Source: Enoplolaimus lenunculus (taxonomy: Eukaryota). Taken from it: 64,000 bases of DNA. Where the stretch lies: positions 558,001 through 622,000 of the forward strand of contig JASANG010003752.1 in the NCBI GenBank assembly GCA_030248215.1, written 5' to 3'. A model generated the notes under the pieces. That model saw nothing but the letters and a program-made list of their open reading frames with translations. It did not search any database and was not told where the DNA came from. The first letter of the stretch is position 1, and each line of letters opens with the position of its first letter. Of the stretch, positions 24,701-36,427 are shown piece after piece. The translations under genes and the position numbers were made by a program.

Positions 24701-25660
24701 TTTCATCTGAACACTAGAAAAAAATCAATCGCTAACTGGTGATAGGTGCTATACACATTTGAGAATATGGCTCAATATTTTTGGCAAATTTGAAATAATA
24801 ATTTTAATATTTCAGCTTTTCTACTGCTTCTCACACTGGCCGCGATTGGATTTGCGGCAATCGGTTACGGTTGTTCTCGATTATGTCGTTGGTGTGCAAT
24901 CAGAAACCGTCACGAACAGCCTGGATCGTCGCGTTCGCCGTCTCCAAAATCTAAATTTTCAGTTGATACGACAAGCGTTCCGAACAGAACTCCGTCTAAA
25001 AATCGTCTAAGAAATTCGTCTAAAAACAGTACTGATGTCCGTACAACAGGAGCAACTGCTCTACTGATCAGTAATCCCCTAGATACAGATTTGCCCGTTG
25101 CTAGCCAAGTCGCAAACTCTACAGAATTTCTGAATTGCCGCGGGGGTGTTTACTCGTCAGCCGCCGGGACCCCATCATCGATGGTGGGGGGTCACGAACG
25201 AAATGGCACGTTCAAATCGAGCAAAAATGGGGTCGACAGGCACCATGCCCCCTCGTCAAAAACATACGACAAACCTAACGGATCTTTACACAAGGGCGCG
25301 TCAAGTCATAGCGTCAACAAAGCACAAGTGCCGACCGCTTGTGTTCCACCACAGTTATCAGCAATTGGCGACTACGAAGAGCGATGCAACAGCGCGTTGG
25401 GAACGCGATCGTTGAAAGATATACTGTTGGCACAGGAAGAAGAGCAACAACAACTGCAACAACAACAACAACAGCAACAACAATATATGGCAACTGTTCG
25501 TCCTGGATGTCATTTACCTCAATTGGCAACATTACCCCAGTATGCGTCCCAGGATACGATGTACGACGACGCAACACTGATTGTTGAGGGTCGAAATAAT
25601 GCAGTTGGTGGGGCACCGCTTGCAAAGTTGACAAATTACACCTACACCGGATATTATTGA
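21280..25660 (+). CDS. Three-exon gene, join(21280..21709,23578..23889,24816..25660), 528-aa type-I membrane protein with Delta/Serrate-like N-terminal C2 (MNNL) domain and truncated DSL motif
   Basis: Two GT-AG phase-1 introns (donors GTATGA 21710, GTAAAA 23890; acceptors TTTTCAG 23577, TTTCAG 24815) join into one stop-free 1587-nt frame. Signal peptide; motifs FLNPVVL, VVVWVEI and VCAPFYYGRQCS resemble Delta F.NPI.F, FSLIIEA and VC...YYG..CS; TM FSLFVLTAFLLLLTLAAIGFAAIGY; exon 1 is conserved in a paralog at 62126. Confidence 0.85.
22013..23062. repeat. 42-bp minisatellite, 25 copies, in intron 1
   Basis: Unit ATGATGCGGCGCTCAAAAATAAAATTTCCGCCCGGCCATCAG, near-identical copies. Confidence 0.97.
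23299..23472 (+). mobile_element. hAT-like MITE in intron 1
   Basis: Perfect 8-bp TSD CCTTGACT. Confidence 0.85.
23578..23889 (+). CDS. Exon 2 of Delta-like gene: rest of C2-like domain, CAPFYYGRQC loop, stalk, start of TM
   Basis: TTTTCAG acceptor, open frame (ORF 23568), AG|GTAAAA donor, phases compatible with both neighbouring exons. Confidence 0.85.
24816..25660 (+). CDS. Exon 3 of Delta-like gene: TM helix, juxtamembrane Cys, Ser/basic tail, polyQ, C-terminus NYTYTGYY
   Basis: TTTCAG acceptor; frame open from 24816 into ORF 25091..25660; higher GC than flanks. Confidence 0.85.
25445..25483 (+). repeat. CAA/CAG repeat encoding polyQ (QQQLQQQQQQQQQ)
   Basis: Read directly inside exon 3. 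Confidence 0.9.
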
Positions 25661-26139
25661 CAAGATTTTGAGTTTGGCTATACGAAGTATTATAACGAGT
25701 TTAAAGCTTTATTTGATGAATGATTCTGAAATGTGACCACAGATTTGGATTAAGTAATTACAGAATATGGGCAAAGTATTGAGATGCAAACAAAATTGAA
25801 ATTGCGAAAACTATGCGGCACGGAAAATGGCAACTTCAAACTTAACAAATGACGGAAATTAACGTTTGATATAGTGCGTACTTTAACTTTACGTAGCGAT
25901 GGCCGTGTGTATAATATTCATTGTTAAAAAAAGAAATATCCTTTGGCAAGATTCCAGATTTTTGATGATGGTCTCATGCTTGCATGGAATAGTAAAAGGG
26001 TTGTGAATGTTTACTGACAACGAATTATGCGACAATTGCTTTTTCGGTCATTTTGCAGTTTGTGCGTTTCGTCTCAGTGCCGCAGCGATGGTGTGGACTT
26101 AAGTTTGAATTTTAAAAACTGTTTTTCAATTGTTTACAT

Positions 26140-26596
26140 CAAGAGTGCATAATGCAAGAGTGTACATACAACTCTTGAGGTTTCGCGTCGTACAAAATGT
26201 AGGTACCAGCCGGCGTTGCATTTTTGGCCGACCCCCCTTTGTTTAGAGAGTGTACATACAAGTCGTGAAGTTTCGCGTGGTACAAAATGTACCAGGCGGC
26301 GTTGCATTTTTGGCTGACCCCCCTTTGTTTAGAGTGTACATACAAGGGGTACAAAATGTACCAGCCGGCGTGGCGTGTTTGGCCGACCCCCCCTGTCACA
26401 TGCAGTAACCCTAAATTAAACTATAAAGAAAGCATGTTTGAAACCGTATACAAAAAGTGCCATGGTTCGCACCAGTTGCACCCCCCTCTAAATAAAGGAG
26501 GTCGGGCAAAAACGCAACGCGTGCCGCGGACTTTCTTTTCAACACAGAATGTACTAAGTGGCATACTCTTGTTGAAGTATGCATTATACACTCTTG
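26140..26596. mobile_element. P-element/Galileo-like MITE
   Basis: TIR CAAGAGTG; 7-bp TSD TTTACAT; internal ~90-bp repeats. Confidence 0.85.
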
Positions 26597-26628
26597 TTTA
26601 CATGAATAGTTTGTTTCATTGGCGCATC

Positions 26629-26772
26629 GGCCCATGTTACTTTAAGGGCGTCCAGGTTTCCGGTGGGTCCATAAAAGACGTATTTTTAGATTCTAGATTA
26701 CATTTTTTTGCTGAGGCTTAGGCTTAGGAATACGCTGAATCTAGTGTTACGCCCCTCAAAGTAACATTGGCC
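26629..26772. mobile_element. TTAGGC-carrying Merlin-like MITE
   Basis: GGCCCATGTTACTTT / AAAGTAACATTGGCC; flanks ggcgcatc/ggcggatg. Confidence 0.8.
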
Positions 26773-27460
26773 GGCGGATGCAAGGGGTCCACGTCCGTCC
26801 AATCATATGCCAATCAGCTGGGATCAAATCCATAATTTTGTATTCATATTTAGCACTAACATTGTGATAGGCTGCATCGATCTTTTCGCATCGCGAGTGT
26901 TTTTTCACAAATATGTATGACACGCGGGTCAGCAGCGGTCCAAAAAATTTCCGAATCTGCAATTGGTTCCTTTGGAACTACTCCTGATTGAGAAACCTTC
27001 TTGTTTTCTTACGGTATTTAAAATTGTTGTGGTCTTGAATGGAATTTCAGAAAATTGAAATTCTACACTACTGATCTGTTTTTATGTGATGAACCAATGC
27101 TTGATGTTATTCAACTGTGATTGCTACTTGTTTGTTACAGTAAAATTACTTAAATCAGGTGCGTAGCTTTGCTTACCTTGCAAGAGGGGGACTAAAACTG
27201 TTTAGGATGGGGGCCTACAAGGATTTCAGATGACTTAAAAGGGGTTGCAACATTCCTAGGCGCTGTGAAAACAGGGCCAAACTTGAATTTACAGATGTCT
27301 TTACGTTGAGTTGAAGGTTTGTAGAATGTTTGCAATATTTACAACATTAACTTATTTTTTTGAAAACACCCGTTATACATACGTAGGTTTGTTTCATGTA
27401 GGGACTGTAATGGTAATGTAAAAGTCTCTTCAACTGCGTCCAAACCTGTTCGGCATAGGC

Positions 27461-27671
27461 GGCCCATGTTACTTTTTTGCTTTAAGGAGCGTCCAGGTTT
27501 CTGGTGGGTCTATAAAAGTGTAGCATTAGATTCTAGGCTACATTTTTTGCTTAGGATTAGGCTTAGGCTTAGGCTTAGGGTTAGGAATACGTTTTTGCAA
27601 CGCTTAGGCTTAGGCTTAGGCTTACGAATATGCTTAATCTACTGTTACGCACACTTAAAGTGACATTGGCC
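27461..27671. mobile_element. TTAGGC-carrying Merlin-like MITE
   Basis: TIRs and (TTAGGC)n. Confidence 0.8.
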
Positions 27672-27934
27672 ATTACATATATAGATAGACCAGGCCGTAC
27701 CCAGCTCACAATGCTAGTTGGGGATAAACGTTTTTCAAGAGAGGCATACAAGGCTTTTCGATGACTTACAAGCAAGGTTGATAATTTTCTAGGGGGGCGA
27801 GATTTTTCCATTTTTATGGTTAAATTGAATCGATAAATAAATTTTCTGTATGTCTCGTGTGGTGTGAAACTGTTCCTATAACGGTAACAATATTAAACCA
27901 TAAATTGTAAAACGAAAGATGCATCTATCACATT

Positions 27935-28119
27935 CCCCATGCAACTTTTACGGACGTTTCGGTTTCTGGTGGGTCAGTATTAAAAGCGTTGGCTTACATT
28001 CGAAACTACATTTTTAGCTTAGGCTTAGGCTTAGGAATATACTTTTTTTAACGTTTAGGTTTAGGCTTAGGAATATGCTTATAAAATCTACTGTTACGGC
28101 CCTAAAAGTAACATTCGCC
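27935..28119. mobile_element. TTAGGC-carrying Merlin-like MITE (degenerate)
   Basis: Similarity to 27461 and 29288 copies. Confidence 0.65.
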
Positions 28120-29287
28120 CATCAGATGATGGCTACTGTCGCAGTTGTTTTTCAGTTTATTTCAATTTTTTATAGTTGAATAGTTACTTTGTATTTCGAC
28201 TTCGATTGTATTACTGCCGCTAAACAAGACTCAATTGTTTAAAGAATATTTTTGTGATAAATATTTGAAAAAATTTCGCTTTGAAACCGTGACCAGGTGG
28301 AGTAAGCTTTAGAGCTCTGAAATTAAATTAAAGGCTCATGGAAACAGGGGTGTCATGTGTGACACTCAGTTTCTTTAAAAAGAAAAATATGGCACGTAAT
28401 TTTGAATGTGATTAGGTTAATTTTAGCTTCACGAAAGCACAATATTATTGATACACCAAGAAAATCCTTTCCCAACATCCCAGTGAAATTAAATATTTCA
28501 CTGGTCTGTTGTCAGATTTTATTTACTTTTATGGCGGATCGAAGGTATTTTTCTTACTATATCTATCTATACTATTACTACTAGAGCTGAAACGCCTTAC
28601 ATACGTATTTTGGGCAATGTTACAGGTGATTTTTATATACATGTATGGTATGCAAATTTAGTAAGATGTCGGGGTTGCAAAAGCTGCAACCATTTGGAGT
28701 AGTTGATATTTATGTGCCAGTATTATGAATTTATATATTAAATGTTGTTGTTCGATGCGGTTATTTTCAAAATATCTGAAACTGCTCAGTCAGTCCTATT
28801 GGTGTTAAGATATCATAACACCATAATTAATACTAAAGTATGGTTTTACGCTTGTTCACTTTCCCACAGTTTTTTCGAAATTTTTAGATTTTGGCATTAA
28901 TACTTAAAGTTAAGCTTCTAGTTTCTGCATAAGCTTGCCGTGGTGACAGTGTACAAGTGTGATGCGAATTAAGACGCAGCGACCAATGTAAAGAACAGGA
29001 GCGGAACAGTATTATAAGCATATTCCTAAGTCTAAGCCTAAGCGTGCGGCGAATGCAGAAATTGCTGACGGATGGACCGGCTGGCGAAATTTATGAAATT
29101 CAATTTTTTACTGTATGCTGACGGCAAAAATTGTAAGGTAGGGACCTCATCATGTTAACTCATCAAATTTTCTAATAGGGAGCGTACGCTCCCCTTCTCC
29201 TTGATCCACTAGTGGACTTAAGCTTACGTTTACGCTTGATGACACACGCGCAACGCAGCACAGAATAACACATTTCATGCAGGACGC

Positions 29288-29470
29288 GGCCCATGTTACT
29301 TTAAGGGGCATCCGGGTTACTGGTGGGTCTATAAAAAAGTAAGTTTAGATTCAAATTACATTTTTTGCTTAGGCTTAAACTTAGAAACTCATTTTTGCAA
29401 CACTTAGGCGTAGGCTTAGGCTTAAGAATACGCTTAATCTACTGTTACGCCTCTTAAAGTAACATTGGCA
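29288..29470. mobile_element. TTAGGC-carrying Merlin-like MITE
   Basis: Perfect 8-bp TSD CAGGACGC. Confidence 0.88.
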
Positions 29471-29965
29471 CAGGACGCTATACGAGACAATTACAATATC
29501 CAGATCTATGTTTATCTATCATGATTTTGATTAGATTCGATTCAACTTGTGTTCTTGCTGAAATCCGAAAACCTCATAAATATGCAAATATTAAGAAAAC
29601 AAATTGTGCACAGTACGATTGCTCTTTGATAAGAATCTAATTTTAGTCTACATTCCAAAAGTGGACATACCCTATAAATTGTCTTGGTAAAAAAGAACAG
29701 GATTTGATTGGAATATACATTAACGTCACGCGACTCCGCTGTACCTATTGTCAATATGTATATTTGATTTAGCTAAAAGTATAGACAGTGGCGTAGCCAC
29801 ATGGAAACAAGTCGTCGCCCGACAACTTTATCGCCCAAGAGTGTTTTCAAGTCCATGAATGTATATAAACATAGTCCTAAACGTTATCCTACGTCTAAGC
29901 ATAAGCATAATGATGCGCAACGAAGCGTTGAGTCGATGACATTTCGGATTACAACTGGGTGGTGG

Positions 29966-30355
29966 CAGTGTACAACCGGAGTTCTGCCTCCGGCTCCGGA
30001 AGAAAATCGGCATCCGGTTCCGGCTGCGGCTCCGGTAGAATTTTTGCCGGAGGTTGCGGCAATTTCGGTAGAAAAATTTTGCATAATGTTGCAATGGTTA
30101 CCAGTTCAGCGCGTTTCGTGTTACTTTTATGAGCATTTTCAGGAAAAAAATTTCCGAAATTTCGCAGACATTAGCGTAAAACCAAACAACTTTTATCAAC
30201 AAATTGCAGTTTATTGGCTGAAATTAACTAGTTAACCAGCATTTTGTGCAACCTAATTTCGCGTCACCTCCGGCTCTGGCTCTGGCTCCGGCTCCGGCAA
30301 GTTTCGTTGACCTCCGGTTCTGGCTCCGGTATTTTTCACTCCCGGTTGCACCCTG
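29966..30355 (-). mobile_element. hAT-like GCCGGA MITE
   Basis: CAGTGTACAACC / GGTTGCACCCTG; inverted relative of 8799..9123. Confidence 0.8.
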
Positions 30356-30657
30356 GTTGGTCGAGGAGTTGTCGGGTGACCAATTGTCGTTACGCCGATT
30401 ATATATTTATCGGTTTCTTTAATGTAAACCTTTTGCGATATTTATATACGAGGTACCACCACTTTGCTGCTACAGAGAAATTAGTATAATCTGGTTTTTA
30501 CTTTAAATGTATCCAAATGAGGAAACTAACGGTCGCATCGGAGTAATGTTCAATTTAGTATCGGTATTTATACAGCAAATTGCCCTAATCTTCTACGCGA
30601 TTTGCAGGATATATTTCAGGAGAGATCTAGCATGGATAGGAAATCTCTTAAAAACTA

Positions 30658-30868
30658 CACTGCAATAAGTGGTAAGTCTAATCGACTCTCTCCGAAATAA
30701 GCTGTACGGGACTGCACAAACTGGGTGAAATTAGACTTCGCCAGTGTCAATAACGTGCGACTTAGTAAGTAAAATTTTACTCTGACTGAGACAAATTTGA
30801 CTCAGTTTGTGTAGTCCCGTAGAGCCTATTTCGGAGAGAGTCAATTTGACTTACCATTTTTTGCAGTG
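30658..30868. mobile_element. CACTG-ended palindromic MITE
   Basis: TA|CACTG..CAGTG|TA. Confidence 0.8.
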
Positions 30869-31924
30869 TATATGTGATTCCAATTCGGTTAGAATGAATA
30901 TATTTATAATCATATTCAAACTTTCATCACAAAACATGCGTATACACAGCCAGCTCAACTTGCTAAGAAAGGATGGGTGTGAAACAATTGGAGGTGGGCA
31001 CCACGCGCTATATTTACATTACTTCACGCGGTATTAAAACATTTCTAGAAAAGCAATCAATTTTTGGAGGGGCTGGCTGACCATCCATGTGGCTATGAGC
31101 CTAATCACAGACGAAACGTCAAAGGAACTAATTTTGCTTCCAGTACGGTGAAGGGCTCCTAGCGATTAATAGTCCTTTGTAAAGCAGCACAATTTGAAAC
31201 AACTTTATATTCTGCATTTTCTGTAAATAAATAAACAAATAAATAAATAAATACATTATATATATATAATATTTATAAATACATATTAAACATATATATA
31301 CATATATTTGTAGGAAATCAACTTATTCTCGAGTCTAACGGTTTTAGTACCACTTCATTGAAATGGCCACTCGGTCACACAAAAGAGAAACAGAAACATG
31401 GACACTTGAGCCGTACACTTATAATGACCGCAAATGGGAAAACCATTAGGCGACGTGAGAGACCGCGTTTGTCCCGTTACAAAACACGGTTGGTTACGAA
31501 CGAAATATGAAACGCAACCAAAAACCAGCCAAGCCCAGAAACAACGAATTCCATATCCAACACAAGGATCCGAAATTTGTTGAAAATCGCAGTTGATAGA
31601 ACTCTTACGTAGACGAATATATTTGAAACTTTGTGTTGGTTTTTGCTATGTACCAAAATTACCAATTTGCCTAAGCCCAGAAACAACGGAATTGTTCCGA
31701 TATTCAACACTAACGAGTTGGCCTTTATATGAAATTTGTTGAAAATCGCAGTTGATAGAACTCTCGAATAGGAAAACGTTTTTGTTTGATCACAGGTTCT
31801 GTATAAATACGATAGTTTTGCTTAAATTTGACCAGGCCAGAGCCGCGTCTCGCTGGTTCGAGGCCCCCAAACCAGAACATTGAACCCCTCGAATAAAGTT
31901 TGACGTTTTAATAATTGCCATACG

Positions 31925-32095
31925 AGTCCATTTAAACATCAGGGGCGGAGCGTTTTTCTGTAGGACTAGAAAAGAGTAAGCTTAAGCTTTAGATTACTTT
32001 TTCGCTTGGCTTAGGCTTATGTTTAGGCTTAGGCTTAGGCTTAGGCTGATGAATTTGCTTATTATACTGTTCCTCTTTAGTTGTTTACATTGGCC
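31925..32095. mobile_element. TTAGGC-carrying Merlin-like MITE
   Basis: Family similarity; TACATTGGCC end. Confidence 0.7.
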
Positions 32096-32277
32096 GCCAT
32101 CCGCCATGACCCTAACGCAATAATCATTGTAGCGCAGAGTCTTTCCTTGCCAATGAAGTGATAAACTGTAACCGTAAAATCCCTTGAGCATTCAATAAGG
32201 CGTTTTTTACATCAGCTGAACTGATAATCAAATTGAATTGGGACAAAACTTTTACTAAAAACCGACACCAAATGTTC

Positions 32278-32480
32278 GGCCCATGTTACTTTATGGGGCG
32301 TCCAGGTTTCTAATGGGTCGATAAAAGTGTAGAATTAGATTCTATAATACATTTTTTGCTTATGTTTAGGCTTAAACTTAGGCTTAAGCTTAGAAATACG
32401 TTTTTGCAACGCTTAAGCTTAGGCTTAGGCTTAGGAATATGTTTAATGTACTGTTACGCCCCTTACAGTAACATTGGTCA
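32278..32480. mobile_element. TTAGGC-carrying Merlin-like MITE
   Basis: GGCCCATGTTACTTT start, GTAACATTGG end. Confidence 0.8.
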
Positions 32481-33209
32481 ATTGTGCCGTGAAGCTGTCA
32501 ACATTTTATGAAACTTAAATTTAAACACAAACTTGAAATTTGAATCAAGAGCGATACAGATGCATATATTTGTCTTGTTTTGAGTTTTCAAGAAACTTTA
32601 GTTTGAAAATGCCGCCCAGTTTTTGTGCTATCAAACGTAACCAGACAAGATGGAATTCTCATTTTTTGTAAAAAAAAAATAAAAAAATCTAAACCATCTT
32701 TTGAATAGTTATACCACTTGTACTCCCCACAACCTTTTGCGTCTAACCGCGTAACCCAAATCTTAAACCAAAACCTAAGACTAAGCCTATAGCCGTATTC
32801 CCACTCGAAAGTTCCTTCAACGAGAAATTATAGCTGCAACTTGCAGGATTAGATCGAGCAGTTGCAAGTGTTCACTGTAAATACTTACACGTACATATTG
32901 AAGCTGTGAGTTCTATCTACAAAGTTTGCACGCGTTGAATAGGGCTTAACGAAATATTGTACTAATTTAGCCAGGGTCTCGGTTAACCTTTGTACGCAAG
33001 CCAATTTCAATCTCGAACTAATATTCTTGCTGCGAAATTCCCATGTAAAAGTGTATTTTGCTTTTAGCACGCAAGTGTGAAAATTGAAAACTTTCTGATG
33101 TGTCCCTTTTTTGCTTTAGGACATGGGCCTTCAACTGATTAGCAGCGACCCTAAGCGGAAGTTATACGTCAAAGTCACAAATTTCAAAAACTGAGTAGAA
33201 AAAACATAC

Positions 33210-33458
33210 GGCCCATGTATAGGACAGGGTCGGATCATTTTCCGGCGGGGCTGTAATAGACTTAGTTTAAGCTTTACACTAACTTTTTTGCTTAGGCGTA
33301 GGCTTAGTAGGCTTAGGTTTATGCTTAGGCTTAGGCTTAGGCATAGGCTTAGCCTTAAGCTTAGGCTTTAGGCTTAGACTTAGGCATAGGCTTAGGCTTA
33401 GGCTTAGGCTCAAGAATATGCTTATACTACTGTTCCGGCCCTGTTCTACACATGGACC
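33210..33458. mobile_element. TTAGGC-carrying Merlin-like MITE with long repeat tract
   Basis: TIRs and about 20 TTAGGC-like units. Confidence 0.85.
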
Positions 33459-33798
33459 CAGCAATACTTCAACCCAGCTTAACACGTACGGAATGACATG
33501 ACCAGTTTGTAACAATATTTGAGTATTTGTTTCGTTTATGATGGTCTGGCTTTAGTTTTATATAAGTGAGACGCTTCAAAACGGGATATTGGCCATTTAA
33601 TGGTGGTTGGTTCCGTTGTTGTGGTCACTGTAGAACCGTCTGGGTTATGATTTGAAAACTTGGCACACAATGTGGGTTTCCTCAGTCACATTTGGCCAGT
33701 TTTAAAATTTAGGAAGGTTTTCACTTTCAATATGTGTTTGTAGTTTGCTGGCAGCATATAGGCGGCTAATATGATTGTTTTCATCACTATTGTTGCAG

Positions 33799-34027
33799 CG
33801 ACCAACGTATAGAACACGGCCGTAACAGTAGTATAAACATATTCCAAAGCCTAAGCCTAAACGTATGAATGAGCTTATTTCTAAGCCTAAGCCTGACCGT
33901 ATGAATGAGCTTATATCTAAACACTAAGCCTAAGTCTAAGCTTAAGTAAAAAAATAATCTAAAGCTCATTCTTAACTCTTTTACATTCCTACTGAAAAAC
34001 GTTCCACCCTTGATCTTTACATGGGTT
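33799..34027. mobile_element. TTAGGC-carrying Merlin-like MITE
   Basis: TIRs and (GCCTAA)n. Confidence 0.7.
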
Positions 34028-34120
34028 GTGGCGGCGAACACCATAAAGGCGTAATGGGCAAGAGGATGAAGTTACGCCTGGGATATATGCTGCTAGGACA
34101 ACTTATTGAATTGTGTCTAG

Positions 34121-34318
34121 CAGGTTGCAACCGGAGGTGAAAAACACCGGAGCCGGAGCCGTAGCCGGAGGTCAACGAAACTTGCCGGAGCTGGAGCCGG
34201 AGGTGAGACGAAACTAGATAAATTTTACAAAATTGTGCAAAATTTTACTACTAAAATTGTCGTATTAACACCAGCAAAAATTCTACCGGAGCGGAGCCGG
34301 AGGCTCCGTTGTACCCTG
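34121..34318 (+). mobile_element. hAT-like GCCGGA MITE (deleted form)
   Basis: CAGGTTGCAACC / GTTGTACCCTG; TSD gtgtctag/gtttctag. Confidence 0.8.
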
Positions 34319-35390
34319 GTTTCTAGCGTTTGACTTTTTTCTGACCAAGGTCCAGTATTCTGCCGGGGTCCATGGCGAACGTTGACCACGACGTAAGATT
34401 TACATTGTTCACAAATCCGAAACAATGGAACAAATTTAAATTTCAACGTGGAATGGTGTGTCTTTTTCGGGATCATTTCTGGCTGACAACAGCCACATCT
34501 AATTTGATGAGTTATATTAACTGTACAAACTTTTCCAGATACAAAAAAATCAATTTATATTTGTCGCTAAGCGGCTGGATTACGCAGAATCCGTACTGAT
34601 GCTTGCTGCTAGCTTCAGCGAATGATAACTTTAATTTTATCATAAAATACAAAGTAGCGTAAACATTAAGAATATTAGTTTTCACAGCCAACGGTAAATT
34701 GTTTGACAATTCGTACGACTTCTAATTATTTAACTCCTCCAAAGCTAGGTCGCTACCGAGTTATAGCTGTTTTTTTTCAGTTTTAACGGGCTATAAGCGT
34801 ATTCCTAAGCCTATACTTCAATTTGGCCCGTCCTATTAAAACATTAAACCAACAATAACTCGTTCACTTCGAGGCTGCCATTTCACTTTACTTTTTACAT
34901 GATGGTTAGGTATTTAAGAATCAATAATTCCGTTAAAATATATAACTTGACTCTAACAATTATTAAAGTAATTATCACGTTAAACTACTGTATTTTAAAT
35001 TTTGTACGCGAATTCAATTCAAACTGATGTACCAGAAAACATTAATATTGCGGCGTAGTACACTTTAGGCAAACAAACTCGTTTTGTAAATATATAATTT
35101 CAATTTTTATCGGAAAAAATTCGAATTTTTACGACCTGAAATATTTTTTTCAAGCTTGGACCCGTATTTGGTTCAGCCGCATGCACTAAAATTAGTCTGG
35201 TCAGATCGAATTAAATTGTTTTGCAAGCACACACTTGAAGACCTTTATGCATCAAGCTTAACATGTCACATTCTTGACATTTTATCTTAATGAGTTTATT
35301 GAGGTACCTATCATGTTTGTGTGGCATAATCAAATGTGCATCTTGTGGTTATAATAAGGCGGCTCATGGTGGTAACTGCGGAACGGCGAC

Positions 35391-35547
35391 GGGCCCGTAG
35401 TCAAGGGGGGCCAGGGGGGCTCAGCCCACCTGGATAAATTTTGACCCCCCGTAGAGAATTTTCAACCTTGTTTCATTAAAAACCCTTGAATGCCCCTCCT
35501 GAAAGATTTTTAGTCCCACCTAGCAAGGTGAGCTGGCTGCTGGCATG
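35391..35547 (-). mobile_element. hAT-like MITE (CAGGCCCGTAGCCAG family)
   Basis: Reverse-complement family similarity. Confidence 0.65.
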
Positions 35548-35976
35548 TGTAGATTGTGGTCATACCAAGGCGGTGCATGGCGGTATAACTACGAAAAAGC
35601 GAGAAAAGAACGACGAAAATATTTAATACTGCTGGTTGAAAATTATATCGGCAGCATTAATAGAATTCTATGTTAATATTTATTTTCTTATAACTAAGGC
35701 AAATCATCCTACATCGTCTGCTATTAATTCCTGGAAGCGTGCATGAGGGTGTGGCGCATAAAGATTGATAATATTTTGTAAATTTTAGTACAAAAATCTA
35801 ACCATTAAAAACAAAATCTTTAACTGAATCTGGTACTTAATTCGGTGTGTGATTGTTTTACAGCTGCTAAGTATCAGTCCTGTTTTGTGTGCTCTCCGGA
35901 TCCGACTGCGGCGTCGTCAACGTTAGTTGACTTATGGTTCCGGATCCGGGTTCTGTACGCTTCGATATAACCCCTA

Positions 35977-36427
35977 TATCTTTGGATTGAGTTCTACAAC
36001 AAATTAAGGCTTTAGCACATTTCTCTCATAACCTCAGCCTAAACCGAAGCCAGAACCCAAACTTAGGCTAAAGTTTAAGCTTAATATAATGCCCAAGATT
36101 ATACTAACATCTGCAAATTTCGAAGACTGCGAGGAAAATGTATATATGTGACACAAAATTAATACTGTAAGAAATTGTGATACTATATTGCAATATAAAT
36201 TTGCTTTCGCTATCTTTGGGTTGTGATTTATAACAAACTAAGGCTTTAGCACATTTCCCTCACAAGCTCAGCCTAAACTGAAGCCAGAACCCAAACTTAG
36301 GCCAAAGTTTAAGCTTAATATAGAGTCCAATGCTTAAATCTGCAAATTTGCGGGAAAAATGTGTGAGACACAAAATTAATACTGTAAAGAAATTGTGATA
36401 CTATATTAACAATATAAATTTGCTTTT
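35977..36427. repeat. Tandem duplication, about 234-bp period, 2 copies
   Basis: tatctttgg..aatataaatttgcttt repeated at 35977 and 36211. Confidence 0.8.

Noticed and set aside
33279..33515. LSLSLS/LRLRLR/GLGLG/KPKPK ORFs throughout the window
   Set aside because: Translations of (TTAGGC)n inside MITEs.
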